Positions 42,510 through 54,692 of a stretch of DNA of 64,000 bases are shown in pieces. A model generated the notes under the pieces. It did not search any database. It worked only from the letters and a program-made list of their open reading frames with translations, and had not been told where the DNA came from. Where the stretch lies: the NCBI GenBank assembly GCA_000004695.1, contig CM000152.2, positions 5,536,001 to 5,600,000 on the forward strand, in the 5' to 3' direction. Each line of letters opens with the position of its first letter. Position 1 is the stretch's first letter. Position numbers and translations under genes: made by a program. This DNA is from Dictyostelium discoideum (lineage: Eukaryota).

Positions 42510-43875
42510 CTAAGCTTGATGATGATAAAGGAAATTTTAAAAAAAAAAAAAAATCCTCGTTATTTATGATTTCTTCTGATACATCATCGAGACACCATGC
42601 CAATGCCACCATCCTATCTGCCATATCTTCCAAGGCAGGTTTGCCTCATTGAAAGAATTGTACTCCAAGTTTCTGGTTGTGAAAACTGAACTATCACCAC
42701 AAATTAACAAGAAGCTCCTCCATTTTCTTGGGATAATTTCCAAATATTGATAAAAAAGATGTTTGCAAAATTTGCCATTTAAATTATTTGATGTGTAATT
42801 ACATTTTTAAAAAAAAACAATTTAAAATATATTTATATTATAATTAATTACTTATATTTGTTAATGATTATTTTATTTATATTTGTTAATAAAATAAAAA
42901 ATAAGGGAATTTTAAAAGAGCTTTAAATAGTTTCTTGATTTACAACGAATTCAAATTTTTAATTTTATTAAATTTTATTTTAATTATTTTTTTATTTATT
43001 TTATTTTAATTTTTTTTTTTTTTTTTTTTTTGAAATTCAATGGTTATGGATATTTATTTAACAAATCAAATTATTTAAAAGGTATGTTAATTTATTGATT
43101 ATTTAAAAGGTATGTCAATTTTTTTATTGATTTTCTATTTTAATTTAAAAAGTTTTTAAAATCTTTTGGGAAAATGAAATGGAACAAAAAAAAAAAAAAA
43201 AAAATAACTTAATAATATTTAAATTATTTATTATTATTTTTAATATAGAGCCTAAGTTTATTAAAAAAAAAAAAAATTCATTAACTCCCATAACCATAAT
43301 CTAATCAAATAAATCAATATTTATCAGTTATCTTTTGGAAAATGAATAAAAAGTAAAAAATAAAAATAATTTAAAAACAATAGTAAGGAAATTCAACCAA
43401 TATTTAATTTTATTTACCCCCTCACCATATTAAAAATAATTATTATTTTAAGTTATTATAACTAAAGATAAAAAAATTATTATTAATATTAAAGTAATAT
43501 TATTAGTTATGGATTCAAAGTGAAAAATAAAAAAAAAGTAAAAAAAACTGGATTAAAAAAAAAAAAGATCACCTGAACACCTTAAAGAAAGATTGGAGAG
43601 AAGATTGAATGCATTACAATTAGGTGTAGAAATTGGTAATGAATATAGAAATGATAAAGTTAGACAATCACATAGGGGACTCCAACATTTTCAAAAGAAC
43701 AATATCAATTATTGGTTACCATTGTTGTTGAATTGGTTAAAAAAAAAACAAAATTTAGGTATGAATGAAATTGCTCAATTTCTTAATAATAATCAATTAA
43801 ATAAATAAAAGAAAAATAAAACTTTTTTTTTTTTTTTGGCGAGTTGTAAATTAAAATTTTATTTACTGTGTTGTT

Positions 43876-45670
43876 TTAACAAGATGGAGTGCCAGTTATT
43901 GGAGTGAGTGATGTTGATCTTTGGATGTAACCAAATTGGTGAGCACCATTTACAGGGATTTCACCTAACCAACTTGGGAGTTTGTAATTGTTGGTTGAGG
44001 TTTGATCAGCATTCCATATGTCTTGAACGTTTTGTAATTGGAAGTTGAAACCTCTTACTGGTTTAGAACCTTTGTTATTGATGGTAGCATCAACTTGAAT
44101 ATAGTAAACATTGTTACTGTACCATTGATTAATAATCTTTTGGGTAACATTTGCTGAACACGCTGATGGAGTTGGACTTGGTGTTTGAGTTGGGGTTTGT
44201 GTTGGTGTTTGTGTTGGGGTTTCAGTTGGTGTTTGTGTTGGGGTTTCAGTTGGGGTTTGTGTTGGAGTTTGAGTTGGAGTTTGAGTTGGTGTTTGAGTTG
44301 GAGTTGGGGTTTGGGTTGGGGTTGGAGTTGGAGTAGTTGGTTTAGTTGGTTTAGTGTTACCAAAGTATCTGGATGGTCTTGGGCATTCTCTGGTCCAGTT
44401 TTCTTTATTGTTTGGAAGAAAAAAAAAAAAAAAAATAATAATTAGTTTATATTATCTTTTTTTAAAAAATAATAGATTAAAAAAAAAATGAAATAAATAA
44501 TTACCTTGACAAACTGGTACAACACTCCAGCCTCCAATGGTACCACAAAGACTTGGGAAAAATGTATCGGTAATATTTTCTAAAACTCCACCAATTAAAA
44601 CAGTATTATGATTAATACCATAACCTAATTTGAAGATTTCATTGGCATCCATTGGTAATTGATTGAAGCAACGTTCGCAATACATAACTGAAACATATGA
44701 TGCAAAAATAACTTTATCAAATTTAGTCCACATGGCAGCTGCTGAGCACCTATTTTTTTTTTTTATTAAATTATGAAAAAAAAAAAAAAATATTAATAAG
44801 AATAAAAAAAAAAAAAAAAAAAAAAAACAATTTAATAAAATAAAATAAAAAACATACATTGGACATGGTTCACCAGTAGTATACAAATAATGATCTTCCC
44901 AAGTAGCTTTACCATAGAGATCAGTGCTATATTTATATGAATTTAGTTAGAAATATTTAAATTTTTCTTTTTTTTTTTTTTTTTTTCTTTAAAAAAAAAA
45001 TCTTCCAAAGAAATAATAATAAATAATAATAATAATAATAACTTACCAATTCATGATGGCTTTAACTTCACCATGATACATTCTTGAACCACCAGTGTTG
45101 GCACCAGTACACATTAAAGTACCGTTTTTGTGAACAATAGCAGCACCAAATTTAGAATTATTCTCAACAGCAACATTAATTGCACTAATATTTAAAATAA
45201 AAAATATATTTTAGAATAAAAAATAAAAAATAAAAAATAAAAGAAAAATAAAAGGAAGTTGATATATTTACATTCTCATATATTTTGCATGGAATTGTTG
45301 ATCATCCTGTAGTTAATATAATTATTTTAAAAGTTAATAATAATAAAAATAATAATAACAATAATAATAATGTGTAATAACAATAAAGAAAATATAACTT
45401 ACTGGCGATAAATCTTTGAATTGAGTTAAATCTGACTATATGTTTTGATTGATAAAAAAAAAAAAAAAAAATGAAAAATTAGTTTTTTTTTTTGCAAAGC
45501 AAAAATAAAAGAAAAAATGTGTAAAAAAATAAAAAAATAAAAAAAAAAAAAGATTAATAAATTACAGGTGCAATATCGAAATAAGCTGATTTTGGACAAT
45601 TGTTTTTATGTGCTTTTGCAGTTGAAAAAGCAATGATTAATAAAATTAATAAAGAGTAAATTAATTTCAT
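43876..45670 (-). CDS. Secreted Fcy1-type cytosine deaminase (CDA-fold zinc deaminase) fused to a Thr/Pro-rich linker and a C-terminal ~95-aa carbohydrate-binding-like domain. About seven exons on the minus strand; the ATG is at 45670 and the stop at 43876-43878.
   Basis: Exon 1 encodes a signal peptide (MKLIYSLLILLIIAFSTAKA). The deaminase core runs QQFHAKYMRIAINVAVENNSKFGAAIVHKNGTLMCTGANTGGSRMYHGEVKAIMNC|TDLYGKATWEDHYLYTTGEPCPMC|SAAAMWTKFDKVIFASY. It aligns with yeast cytosine deaminase Fcy1 (HGEISTLENCGRLEGKVYKDTTLYTTLSPCDMCTGAIIMYGIPRCVVGEN), with the HxE and PCxxC zinc motifs at canonical spacing. The last exon encodes a (PTQT/PTET)n linker and then SACSANVTQKIINQWYSNNVYYIQVDATINNKGSKPVRGFNFQLQNV...NYKLPSWLGEIPVNGAHQFGYIQRSTSLTPITGTPSC. 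All junctions are GT..AG with consistent phases. Exact exon ends are approximate. Confidence 0.55.
44150..44340. repeat. Degenerate 12/24-nt tandem repeat (GGTGTTTGAGTTGGAGTT... on plus) encoding the (PTQT)n linker of the secreted deaminase
   Basis: About 15 near-identical 12-mers on the plus strand, in frame on the minus strand. Confidence 0.8.
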
Positions 45671-45681
45671 TTTTTTATGAT

Positions 45682-45724
<43 letters not shown>

Positions 45725-47349
45725 AAGTTAATTATTTAATTAAAAAAAAAAAAAGAAGAGATAGGTAATGTTACAAGTGTAATAATATTGAAAGTAATTA
45801 ATATCAGAAAAAGAAAAAAAGAAAAAGAAAAAAAGAAAAAAAAAAAACAAAAAAAAAAAAATAAATAAATAAAAGATTTTTTAGTCTCCTCAAAATGAGA
45901 ATAGTTTGAAAATAATTATTTTAAAAAATTAACCAATCATCTGAGCACAAGCTTGTAATTAATAATAATAATAATTTTGTGATTTTATCGTGATTGGGAC
46001 ACAATATTATTATGAGAAAAATAGTATACAATAATTTTATCTAAAGTATTTTAGATTTTTAATCAATGATTGGCTAAAAAAAAAAAAAAAAAAAAAAAAA
46101 TTTAGATTTGGGAAGATATTAAAAATTGTGTGGGCGAGGGGGGTCAGCAATGAACGATGATTTTTTTTTTATTGAAAAACATTACAATAATTTTATTTTA
46201 TTTTTTTTTTTTTCTGCCGAGCCAATCAAAAAATTATCTCGTTTTACGATTATTAGAAATAATTCGTTTTGTCGAAATTTTACAATCAAAAAACCAAGAA
46301 CACAAAAAGGAAATCGTTTTTGGTCAAAAATATTCAACAGAAATTAAAAAGAACACAATATAACTTTCTTTTATTGATTTTTTTTTTTTTTTTTTTAAGT
46401 TTTTTTTTTTTTTTTTTATCTATTTTTTTATTTTCATTTTTTTTTTATTTAAAAACTTAAAAAGAAAAAAAAAAAAAAAAGAAATAATTTTTATGACATA
46501 AATTCATATACTAAATAAAGTAATATTTATCTAGATTATCATTATTAATAATAATAAAAACAATTAAAATTATTTAAATAATCTTAATTGGGCAAAATAA
46601 AAATTAAAAAAAAGGTGGTTAGAATGTGTATACTTGTGGTTAAAGAATAAAAAAAAATAAATAAAAAAAAAATGTGAAACTTGAAAATTTAAATTAAGGA
46701 ATGTTTTTTATGTAATACACATGTTTTAAAAGCAAACCCCTTAACAGTAAACACACAGTTGTGTTCAGTGTAATGTAAACACAAAAAAAAAAAAAAAAAA
46801 AAAAAAAAATAATACTAAAAAATAAATTTATTTTTTAAAGTCAAAAGACGTTATATACAAATAAAAATAAAAAAAATAAAAAAAAAATAATTTCTTTGAA
46901 AAATTACAGAAAATAAAGAAAATCTTAAAAAACCAATAATGCAACGGTTTTTAAATTTATTTTTGTACTCCCTAAGCTAAAGGGTACTAGTATTTTAATT
47001 ATTTAATTTAAAAATAATTTTTTCAACTTTTTTTATTTTTATTTTTTTTTTATTTTTATTTTTATATTTTTTCTCTTGTAACCCACCAAACTTAGCCGAC
47101 ATATGTGAGGTGGAGGGTTTGCATGTAATCACATTTTTTTATAATTGTTTTTTTTTTTTTTTTTTATAAGTTTTTTTTTTTTTTTTTTTCTTTTCTTATG
47201 TTCTTAAAAAAAAAGTAATAATAATATAATAATAATAAAAGTTTAAAAAAAAATAAAAAATAAAAAAAGACCAAAGTTATAAATATATTTAAAAATAAAA
47301 ATAAAAACTTTATAAAAATATCTAAAGAAATAAAAAAAAATAAAATAAA

Positions 47350-47939
47350 ATGACATTCTTGAGTAAAAAACCTCAAATATTTAAAAATATTGAAAAAGAT
47401 ATAAATAAAATAAAATTTAAAAAATCAAATAAAATAAAATCAGATTGTAATAATAGTAATAATAAAAATGGTTTGATAGAGTGTATATCAACTTTAGAAG
47501 ATGATAATCCATGGGATGTTTATACCAAAATAATGAAAGAAGAAGGATTTTTAAAAAGTTGTATATTAGATTTAAATGATGGTGAAGTTAATAGTAGTAG
47601 TGGTGCATCACCATTAAATGTTGCATACCAAGAATACCAAGAAATTAAAAATATTTTGGAAGGTAATAATTCAATTTATATAAATTGTGACTCAACTAGA
47701 TTCTTTATATCAAATTCAAATGACATAATGATTACTGGTATAAGTTCAAATTCATTATCATTCATATTACGAAGAACTGCAAATAAATGTATTATTGGAA
47801 TTTTTCAACCTTCAACAATTCTAGTCGACCATGCTCATTGTAAAGTCTCTGATATTTATAATAAAATTACAAATTTTGATAAAAATGAAAGAATTACAAA
47901 TTTAATTTTTTCATTCTCCGAAGATAGTATAAAAAATAT

Positions 47940-47949
<10 letters not shown>
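47350..47949 (+). CDS. Profilin-like protein A (199 aa) with an N-terminal Lys/Asn-rich extension
   Basis: The C-terminal ~125 aa follow the profilin pattern. PWDVYTKIMKEEGFLKSCILDLNDGEV matches Dictyostelium profilin SWQAYVDEQLVGTGHVTKAAILGLDGGV. TRFFISNSNDIMITGISSNSLSFILRRTANKCIIGIFQ matches [38 protein letters not shown]. A C-terminal helix ...VSDIYNKI follows. It is a tandem paralog of 48485-49237. Confidence 0.5.
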
Positions 47950-47979
<30 letters not shown>

Positions 47980-48484
47980 AAATCTTTGTAAATAAAAAAT
48001 GTATTTTTAAATCAACCAAAAAAAAAAAAATATCTTGTTTATTTTTTATTTTTAATTTTTTTTATTTATTTATATTAAAAGAGCTGCAAACAAAAAAAAA
48101 ATCCAAAAAAAAAAAAAAAAAACAATAATATTTTGACACATGACATTTCAATGATGCGATTGTTTTTTATTGCAAATTTCCAATTTAATATAGATATTTT
48201 TTTTTATTTTTTTTCTTTTTTTTTTTTTTTTTTCTTTTTTTTTTTTTTTTTATTTTTTTTTTTAAGTGCCAGTATTTTTTAACAAAATCGTTAATATTAA
48301 TCTTTTGAATACGAAATACTAAAATGAGAAATTAAATTGTTTTTTTTATATTGTTTTTTTTTTTTTTTTGCTTTCATTTCCTTTTTTTTTTAATAGCTTT
48401 GCTACTAAAAAAATATCTTTTAATTTATAATAATAATATTACTTTTTTTAAAAAAAAAAATTAATTAAAAAAAAAAAATAAAAT

Positions 48485-48595
48485 ATGTCCTTTTTAAAAA
48501 AAAGAAAGAAGAAATCAACATCAACACTAACATTAAATAGTAATAGCAATAATTCTAATATTGTTTGTGTAAATAATAATAATAATAATAATAAT

Positions 48596-48656
<61 letters not shown>

Positions 48657-49235
48657 TAAATAGTCATGGTATCAATTTAATAATTAATAAAAAAATTAAA
48701 AAATTAACATCAAGTACAAGTTGTCCAAATATGTTAACAATAAAAGAAGAAGAAAATGAAAAATATAATAATAATAATAATAATAATTCCGATAATTTAA
48801 ATGATAATTTAAAAGATACAATAATATTAAATTGGAATAAATATACAGATAAATTAATAAAACAAGGTTATTTAGAATGTGGTATTTTAGATTTAGATAG
48901 TGGTGAATTAAATAGTAGTAGTAGTTGCAATAGTAGTATTAGATTTATAATTAGTTATCAAGAATGGCAAGAAATTAAAAATATTTTACAAGGTAGTTAT
49001 TTAACAACAATAAGTTGTTCAAAAAAAAGATTCTATGTAGTTGCCTCAAATGATTTCATAATTGCTGGTCGTGATTCTCAAAATCAATCTTTTATTCTTA
49101 GAAAAACTCAAACTAAAGCAATCATTGGTATATTTAATATGAATAAATTACAAATTGATGATGCTCATAAACTATTAAATGATTTATATAATGAAATTAT
49201 AAAAGATGATAAAACTGAAATTTATCCAGTTGAAT

Positions 49236-49237
<2 letters not shown>
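48485..49237 (+). CDS. Profilin-like protein B (250 aa) with an N-terminal poly-Asn extension
   Basis: NWNKYTDKLIKQGYLECGILDLDSGEL...KKRFYVVASNDFIIAGRDSQNQSFILRKTQTKAIIGIFNMNKLQIDDAHKLLNDLYNEI fits the profilin fold (W..Y.D..L...G....AILGLDGG ... KKYFVL....I.GKKG..G..V.KT...I..G.Y.E......A...VE.L.DYL). A poly-N tract is encoded by (AAT)n at ~48573-48660. Confidence 0.5.
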
Positions 49238-49266
<29 letters not shown>

Positions 49267-49354
49267 TAGATATTAATAAATAAATAAATTAATGAATAAA
49301 AAATTTAAAATATATTAAAATAATTTTATGGTTTTTTTTTTTTTTTTTTTTTTT

Positions 49355-50328
49355 TTATAAATTACACTTGAATATTGGTTGACGTTTTTCAAAGAAAGAA
49401 GTTGCAGATTCATTTAAATCATCAGATTTTAAGAAAGCAGCATTTTGTAAAGCTACACGATATAAACCTTCATCAATTGTATGATCATCAGCATGATTTA
49501 AAGTGAGTTTTGTAGCTTGAACAACTAGTGGTGAATTTTGAGCGATTGATAATGCTAATTTTCTACCCTCTGACAAGAGAGTATCATGATCTGGATAGAC
49601 ATGATTAACCAAATTAAATCTTTCAGCAGTTTTTGCATCAATATCTTTACCAGTTAATGCCAACTCTCTTGCGAAACCAGAACCAACTATTTTTGAAATT
49701 CTTTGTAATGTACCTAAATCGGCGATAATTGATAGTTTAGTTTCTCTAATTGAAAATTTTGCATCAGAACTGCATAATCTAATATCACATGCTGTTATCA
49801 TATCAACACCACCACCAATGCATGCACCATGAATTAAAGCGATTGTTGGTTTTGAACATTTATTAATCTTATCCAATGATGCTTGCCAACGACGAATCAT
49901 TTTAAATAAATCTAAATTATTTTGTGATTGTGATACTTCTGAATCACCAGTTATTAATGGTGCAATCTTTCCTAAATTTAAACCTGCTGTTAATCCTTTA
50001 CCTTCTCCTCTTAAAATTACACATCTAATCTTTGAATCATTTTGAATTTCATCATAAATTGAAATAAATTCTAGGAATTAAATTAAAATAAATAAAATTT
50101 TAAAAATTAATATATACACATATATATTTAAATTTTATTAATTTTTTTTTTTATTTAAATACCATTATAAAAATCATCATCCATTGAATTATATTGTTTT
50201 GGTCTACATAAAACAAGTTCTGCTACAAAAGTACTATCATTTTTTTCTAATCTTAAATATTTGTAATCTGTTATTTTAAGAATTGATGTTGATGGTGTAG
50301 CATTTGTAAAAAATAGTGAACCTTCCAT
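49355..50328 (-). CDS. Enoyl-CoA hydratase/isomerase family protein, ECH1-like delta(3,5)-delta(2,4)-dienoyl-CoA isomerase. Two exons: 50328-50163 and 50070-49355.
   Basis: Crotonase-fold signatures align with human ECH1. Matches include KPTIALIHGACIGGGVDMITACDIRLCSSDAKFSIRETKLSIIADLGTLQRISKIVG vs KPVIAAVHGGCIGGGVDLVTACDIRYCAQDAFFQVKEVDVGLAADVGTLQRLPKVIG, ARELALTGKDIDAKTAERFNLVNHVYPD vs NELAFTARKMMADEALGSGLVSRVFPD, and SPLVVQATKLTL vs SPVAVQSTKVNL. Exon 1 is MEGSLFFTNATPSTSILKITDYKYLRLEKNDSTFVAELVLCRPKQYNSMDDDFYN, and the junction phase is consistent (..YN|E|FISIYDE..). Confidence 0.75.
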
Positions 50329-50894
50329 TTAATTTATATTTATTTATTTATATGTATATTTATTTGTTTTATTTATTATAATTATTGAAACATAAAAAAA
50401 AAAAATAAAAAAAAAAAAAAAAAAAAAATGAAATTTTGAAATTTAAAAATTAATTTTTTTTTGTTTATTAATTTTTTTTTTTTTTTTTTAATGGAAACAT
50501 ATATTTCCTTTTTTGGATTTCATTATTGGAAGATAAAAAATAAAAAAGTGTTTAGAAAAAATGAACTTTTTTGGTATTAGAACCTTTTTTCTTTTCTTTT
50601 TTTTTTTAAATTCTTTATTTTTATTATTATCTTTTATTAAACATTTAAAAAAAAAAAAAAGATAGTTGTTTTATGTTTTAAAAAAAAAAAAAGAAAAAAA
50701 AAAAAAAGATATTTTTGGCTGAGCTTAGATGATGTGAAATTTTTTTTTTATTTTTTTTTTATTTTTTTTTTTTTTTTTTCTTGTCGTTTGGATTATATTC
50801 AGTTTTTTTTTTTTTTTGATTCACTTACTTTGCCATTAAAACAAAAGTCATCAAAAAAAAAAAAAAACTTAAAATTTATGTATATTTAAACAAA

Positions 50895-53680
50895 ATGAAT
50901 TACGAAATTGTTATGGACGAGCATCAAAGTTTGTATTAAAAAAAAAAAAAAAAACTAAAAATAATTAAATTTTTATATGTAAATATTAATATAAAAAATT
51001 CAACAGAATTCATTGATGAAAATTTAAAGAATTTCTATGGAGAGCATAAACATTTTGTAGAATGGATGGATTCAAGATCATTAGCATCAAAAAGATTTAA
51101 AAAAAGATTAATTGTTATTGGTGAATATAGAATTTTAAGTGTAAAAAAAGGAAAAGTTTCAATATCTTTAAATAAAAATATTCATTTTTATGATATAGCT
51201 GATATAATAGTCGTTGAAGATACTGTATGTATTTTTTTTTTTTCTCAAAAATATTATTATTTAAAATACTAACATATAATTATTTATTAATTTTCAAAAA
51301 AAAAAAAGATTGAAATTAGACAAAAACAAGTTATAAAAGGTGATCAAATTGGTATATTAATAAAATCAAAACAAAAAGAAAGTTTACAAATGATATTAAA
51401 ATTGTTAAGAGAAAAGATTAGAAATATTACACATGGATTTCCAAGTACTAGTCAATTGAGAATTAATGCAAATGAGAGTTATTTATTACCAATTCAAGAG
51501 AAAGTTATTGGAATAGCTGATAATTTCATAGAGACTTATAAAGCACAATCATCCTACAAAAATAATGAACCAAGTACAGAGGTGATTAGATTGGTTGAAA
51601 AGTATGTTCAAGATTGTTGTAGAGAATTTGATTTATCAAAATGTCCAGGATTTGAAGGTAAAAGTGAATTAAATTTTCAAATTGATACTGTAATTTCATC
51701 ATTAAATTATAATGGTTATTTCAATTCAATTATTATTAATGGTAATAGTTGTGGTGGTAGTACTAATATTGGTGGCAGTGGTGGTGGCAGTGGTGGTGGT
51801 AATAGTAGTATAGGAGTTAATCAAAAAGGTTTAGTTGAAAAAGTTGGTGAATTATTATCAACAAATTGTTGTGTTAGAAAAATATCAATTTTTAATTGTA
51901 AAGATGATGATCAAGTATTATCAACCATTGGTACATCGTTAATTGGTAATCAATTTAATTTATTACAAGTTATAGATTTACATAGTAACCATTTAAATCA
52001 ATCAACATTTCAAACATTTGCAGATGGTATTGAAACAATGACACATCATTCACTTAGATATTTAAATCTATCAGATTGCAACCTATCATCAAGATCAGTT
52101 GAAATATTATTTAATTCATTCTGTAAGAATAGTAAAATCTCTACATCATTAGAGTATTTAAATTTATCATACTCAAAATTCGACGAGGTTGGTAGTAGTT
52201 CATTCACAAGTTGGTTAGCAAAGATCAAAGATGATAATGTATTAAAGTTTTTATATTTAACCAATTGTAATTTAAATTTAATTGTGATTGGAGCACAACT
52301 TAGAAATTTACCTTTGCTACGTGTATTGGATATTTCTAATAATAGATTAGAGAGAACTGAAATTGAAGAGTTAATTGCATTCATAAAGAATTCAAGGGCA
52401 TTGGAATCATTGAATATTTCAAATTGTTCACTTAATCATGACTATTTCCTCTACATTTGTAATACACTAAATAAGAATGAATATATTAAACATTTAGATT
52501 TAAATGTATCACATAATCAAATTTCAAAGTCGCCAAGTATCTTTGTTAGCGCATTGGAGTTTCTTACTATGGTGAATTCGTTAAATTTATCTCATATTCC
52601 CATTACTTATAAAACTTTGATTAGAGTTGTTGATTCAATTAGAATCTATTGTAAAAATATTAGAGAATTGATATTGGATGCTTGTTTCTCCCATTCAAAT
52701 GATAAATCTCATGATGGTATTGATTTCATTAATGAGTTGAAACAATTCCTTAGAGAGAGAGAATCATTGAAATCTTTATCTATAGGTGGTGACAATTCAA
52801 ACTACTTATCACCAAAATTGGTTATACCATTAATTGAATATTTAACCAACGAAAATGGTACATTGGAGCAATTGAATATTCAACACTCCCATCTTGGTGA
52901 TTCAGTTATGCCCTATATTGCTAATTTATTAGAACGTAATTCAACTTTGAAATCTTTATCATTGGATAGAAATTATTTCACTATTAATTCCTTCCAAACT
53001 CTATTGCTATCATTACAAAATAATCATACACTTTTAAATATACCTTTCCCATCATATGATTTTGAAAAAATTTTAATTACATTACCAACAGCTCAAAAGA
53101 AATCATTATTATTTAATTTACTTTATAGAATTCAATCAATTTTAGAAGAAAATGGTGGTTGGAGAATACCTGATCCTCATTTTTATCCTGTACCAACTTC
53201 ATTAACTACTGGTAATAATACTAGTGGTGGTTCAAATTTACAATTATTAGGTGGTGGTAGTGGTGGTAGTGGTAGTAATAGTGGTGGTTCTAATTTACAA
53301 TTACAACAACGTCCATCTTCACCAACTAGTAGTTCAAGTGGTAGTGGTTATAGAAGTAAAAGCCCAACACCTGTAACAACTTCATATGGTTCTTCTGCAT
53401 ATTCACAACAACATTATGATAATTTATCATTACCACCTCCACCTGTTGATAATTATTATAACAATAACTATTATCAAAATGAAAGTGAAGGTGGTGATGA
53501 TGATTATTATAATCATCAACAACAATCATCCCAACAAAAATATCAAAATAGAGCAACATTAAGTCCAACAAATAGAAATCAACAACAACAACAATACCAA
53601 AATAGAAATCAAAGAATTGAATTAACTGATAGTTTTGTTGAAGCTGTTGATCATTTAAATGATGAAGAAAATCTTGATTG

Positions 53681-53681
<1 letters not shown>
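50895..53681 (+). CDS. CARMIL-like leucine-rich-repeat protein (PH-like N-terminus + LRR cap + ~15 LRRs + Pro/Gly/Ser-rich tail). Three exons: 50895-50928, 51007-51224, 51309-53681.
   Basis: The N-terminus (FKKRLIVIGEYRILSVKKGKVSISLNKNIHFYDIADIIVVEDTV | IEIRQKQVIKGDQIGILIKSKQKESLQMILKLLREKIRNITHGFPS) resembles the non-canonical PH domain of CARMIL (VLVLTSCRAFLVT...LELTFSYLEIHGVV). It is followed by many LxxLxLSxNxL repeats (LQVIDLHSNHLNQ, LRYLNLSDCNLSS, LEYLNLSYSKFDE, LRVLDISNNRLERTEIEEL, LESLNISNCSLNH, LKSLSLDRNYFT...). The C-terminus has GGGSGGSGS and PPPPVDNYY tracts. The family call is an inference. Confidence 0.45.
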
Positions 53682-53741
<60 letters not shown>

Positions 53742-54475
53742 TATTAATAAAAAATTTTATTTAAAGTTCTCAATAATCCTAATCTATAATCTGTTTCAAA
53801 ATTTTAGGTTAACCTTTTTTTTTTTTTATTTATTTTTTTTATTTCTAAAAACTATTAACACCCCAAGTGGTTATTTAAAAACAAAAAAAAAAAAAAACCT
53901 ATCATCGTATTGATAATCACTCTAATCTAAATTCAATGGTTTTTTTTTTAAAAATAAAAAAATAGGTGAGACCCATTTTCGTTTATGGATATTTATTTTT
54001 TCACTTCGTTCAATTGCGAACAAAAAACAGATCAAAACTTAATTTTCTACTATTTTTTTTTTTTTTAATTTTTTTTTTTAATTTTTTTTATAGAAAATAT
54101 CTAGCTTGAAATTTAAAAAAAAAAAAAAAAAAAAAGTGATTGGGAAACCATTAAATACAGACGATAATTTTTTTTTTATTCTTCATTATTCATAAAACTT
54201 ACTCCACCCATCACAATAAAAAAAAATAAAATTAAAATTAAAAATAAAAATAAATTTTCCCCCCCCATAATTATTTATTTTTAATTTTTTTTTTTTTTTG
54301 CATTTTTGCTTAATTTTATTTGTATTTTTAATATTATTATTTATTATTTTTTTTTTTTATATTTTATTAATTTTTTTTTTTTGTATTTTTGATAAATTAA
54401 TTTAAATTTATTTTTAATAAATAAAACAAAAAAAAAAAAAAAATCAAAAATCAAAAACTCATAGTTTGTAATAAA

Positions 54476-54661
54476 ATGAAATTTCGGAATAATTTAACTC
54501 TTTATTTAATATTTATAATAGTATTTACAATTTATATTAGTTTAACTATCTCTATTCCATTAAAAAATGGAAAGTTTTGGTATGTATAAAAATAATAAAA
54601 ATTAATTAAATTGAAACCTTGCCATAAATAAAAAAAAAAAAAGAAAATAATGTGTGTTTAG

Positions 54662-54692
<31 letters not shown>

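Noticed and set aside
42445-42790. Minus-strand ORF MEDMADRMVALAWCLDDVSEE... and a plus-strand 28-aa ORF in the GC-richer block
   Set aside because: Only ~30 informative codons precede poly-F, and an upstream in-frame stop is present. The segment is more likely a UTR, regulatory or ncRNA region (see the inverted-repeat finding).
43593-43808. 71-aa ORF MERRLNALQLGVEIGNEYRNDKVRQSHRGLQHFQKNN...
   Set aside because: It has no ATG (a TTG start is reported as M) and no recognisable domain or adjacent exons. Its composition is only mildly non-repetitive. It cannot be supported as a gene from sequence alone.
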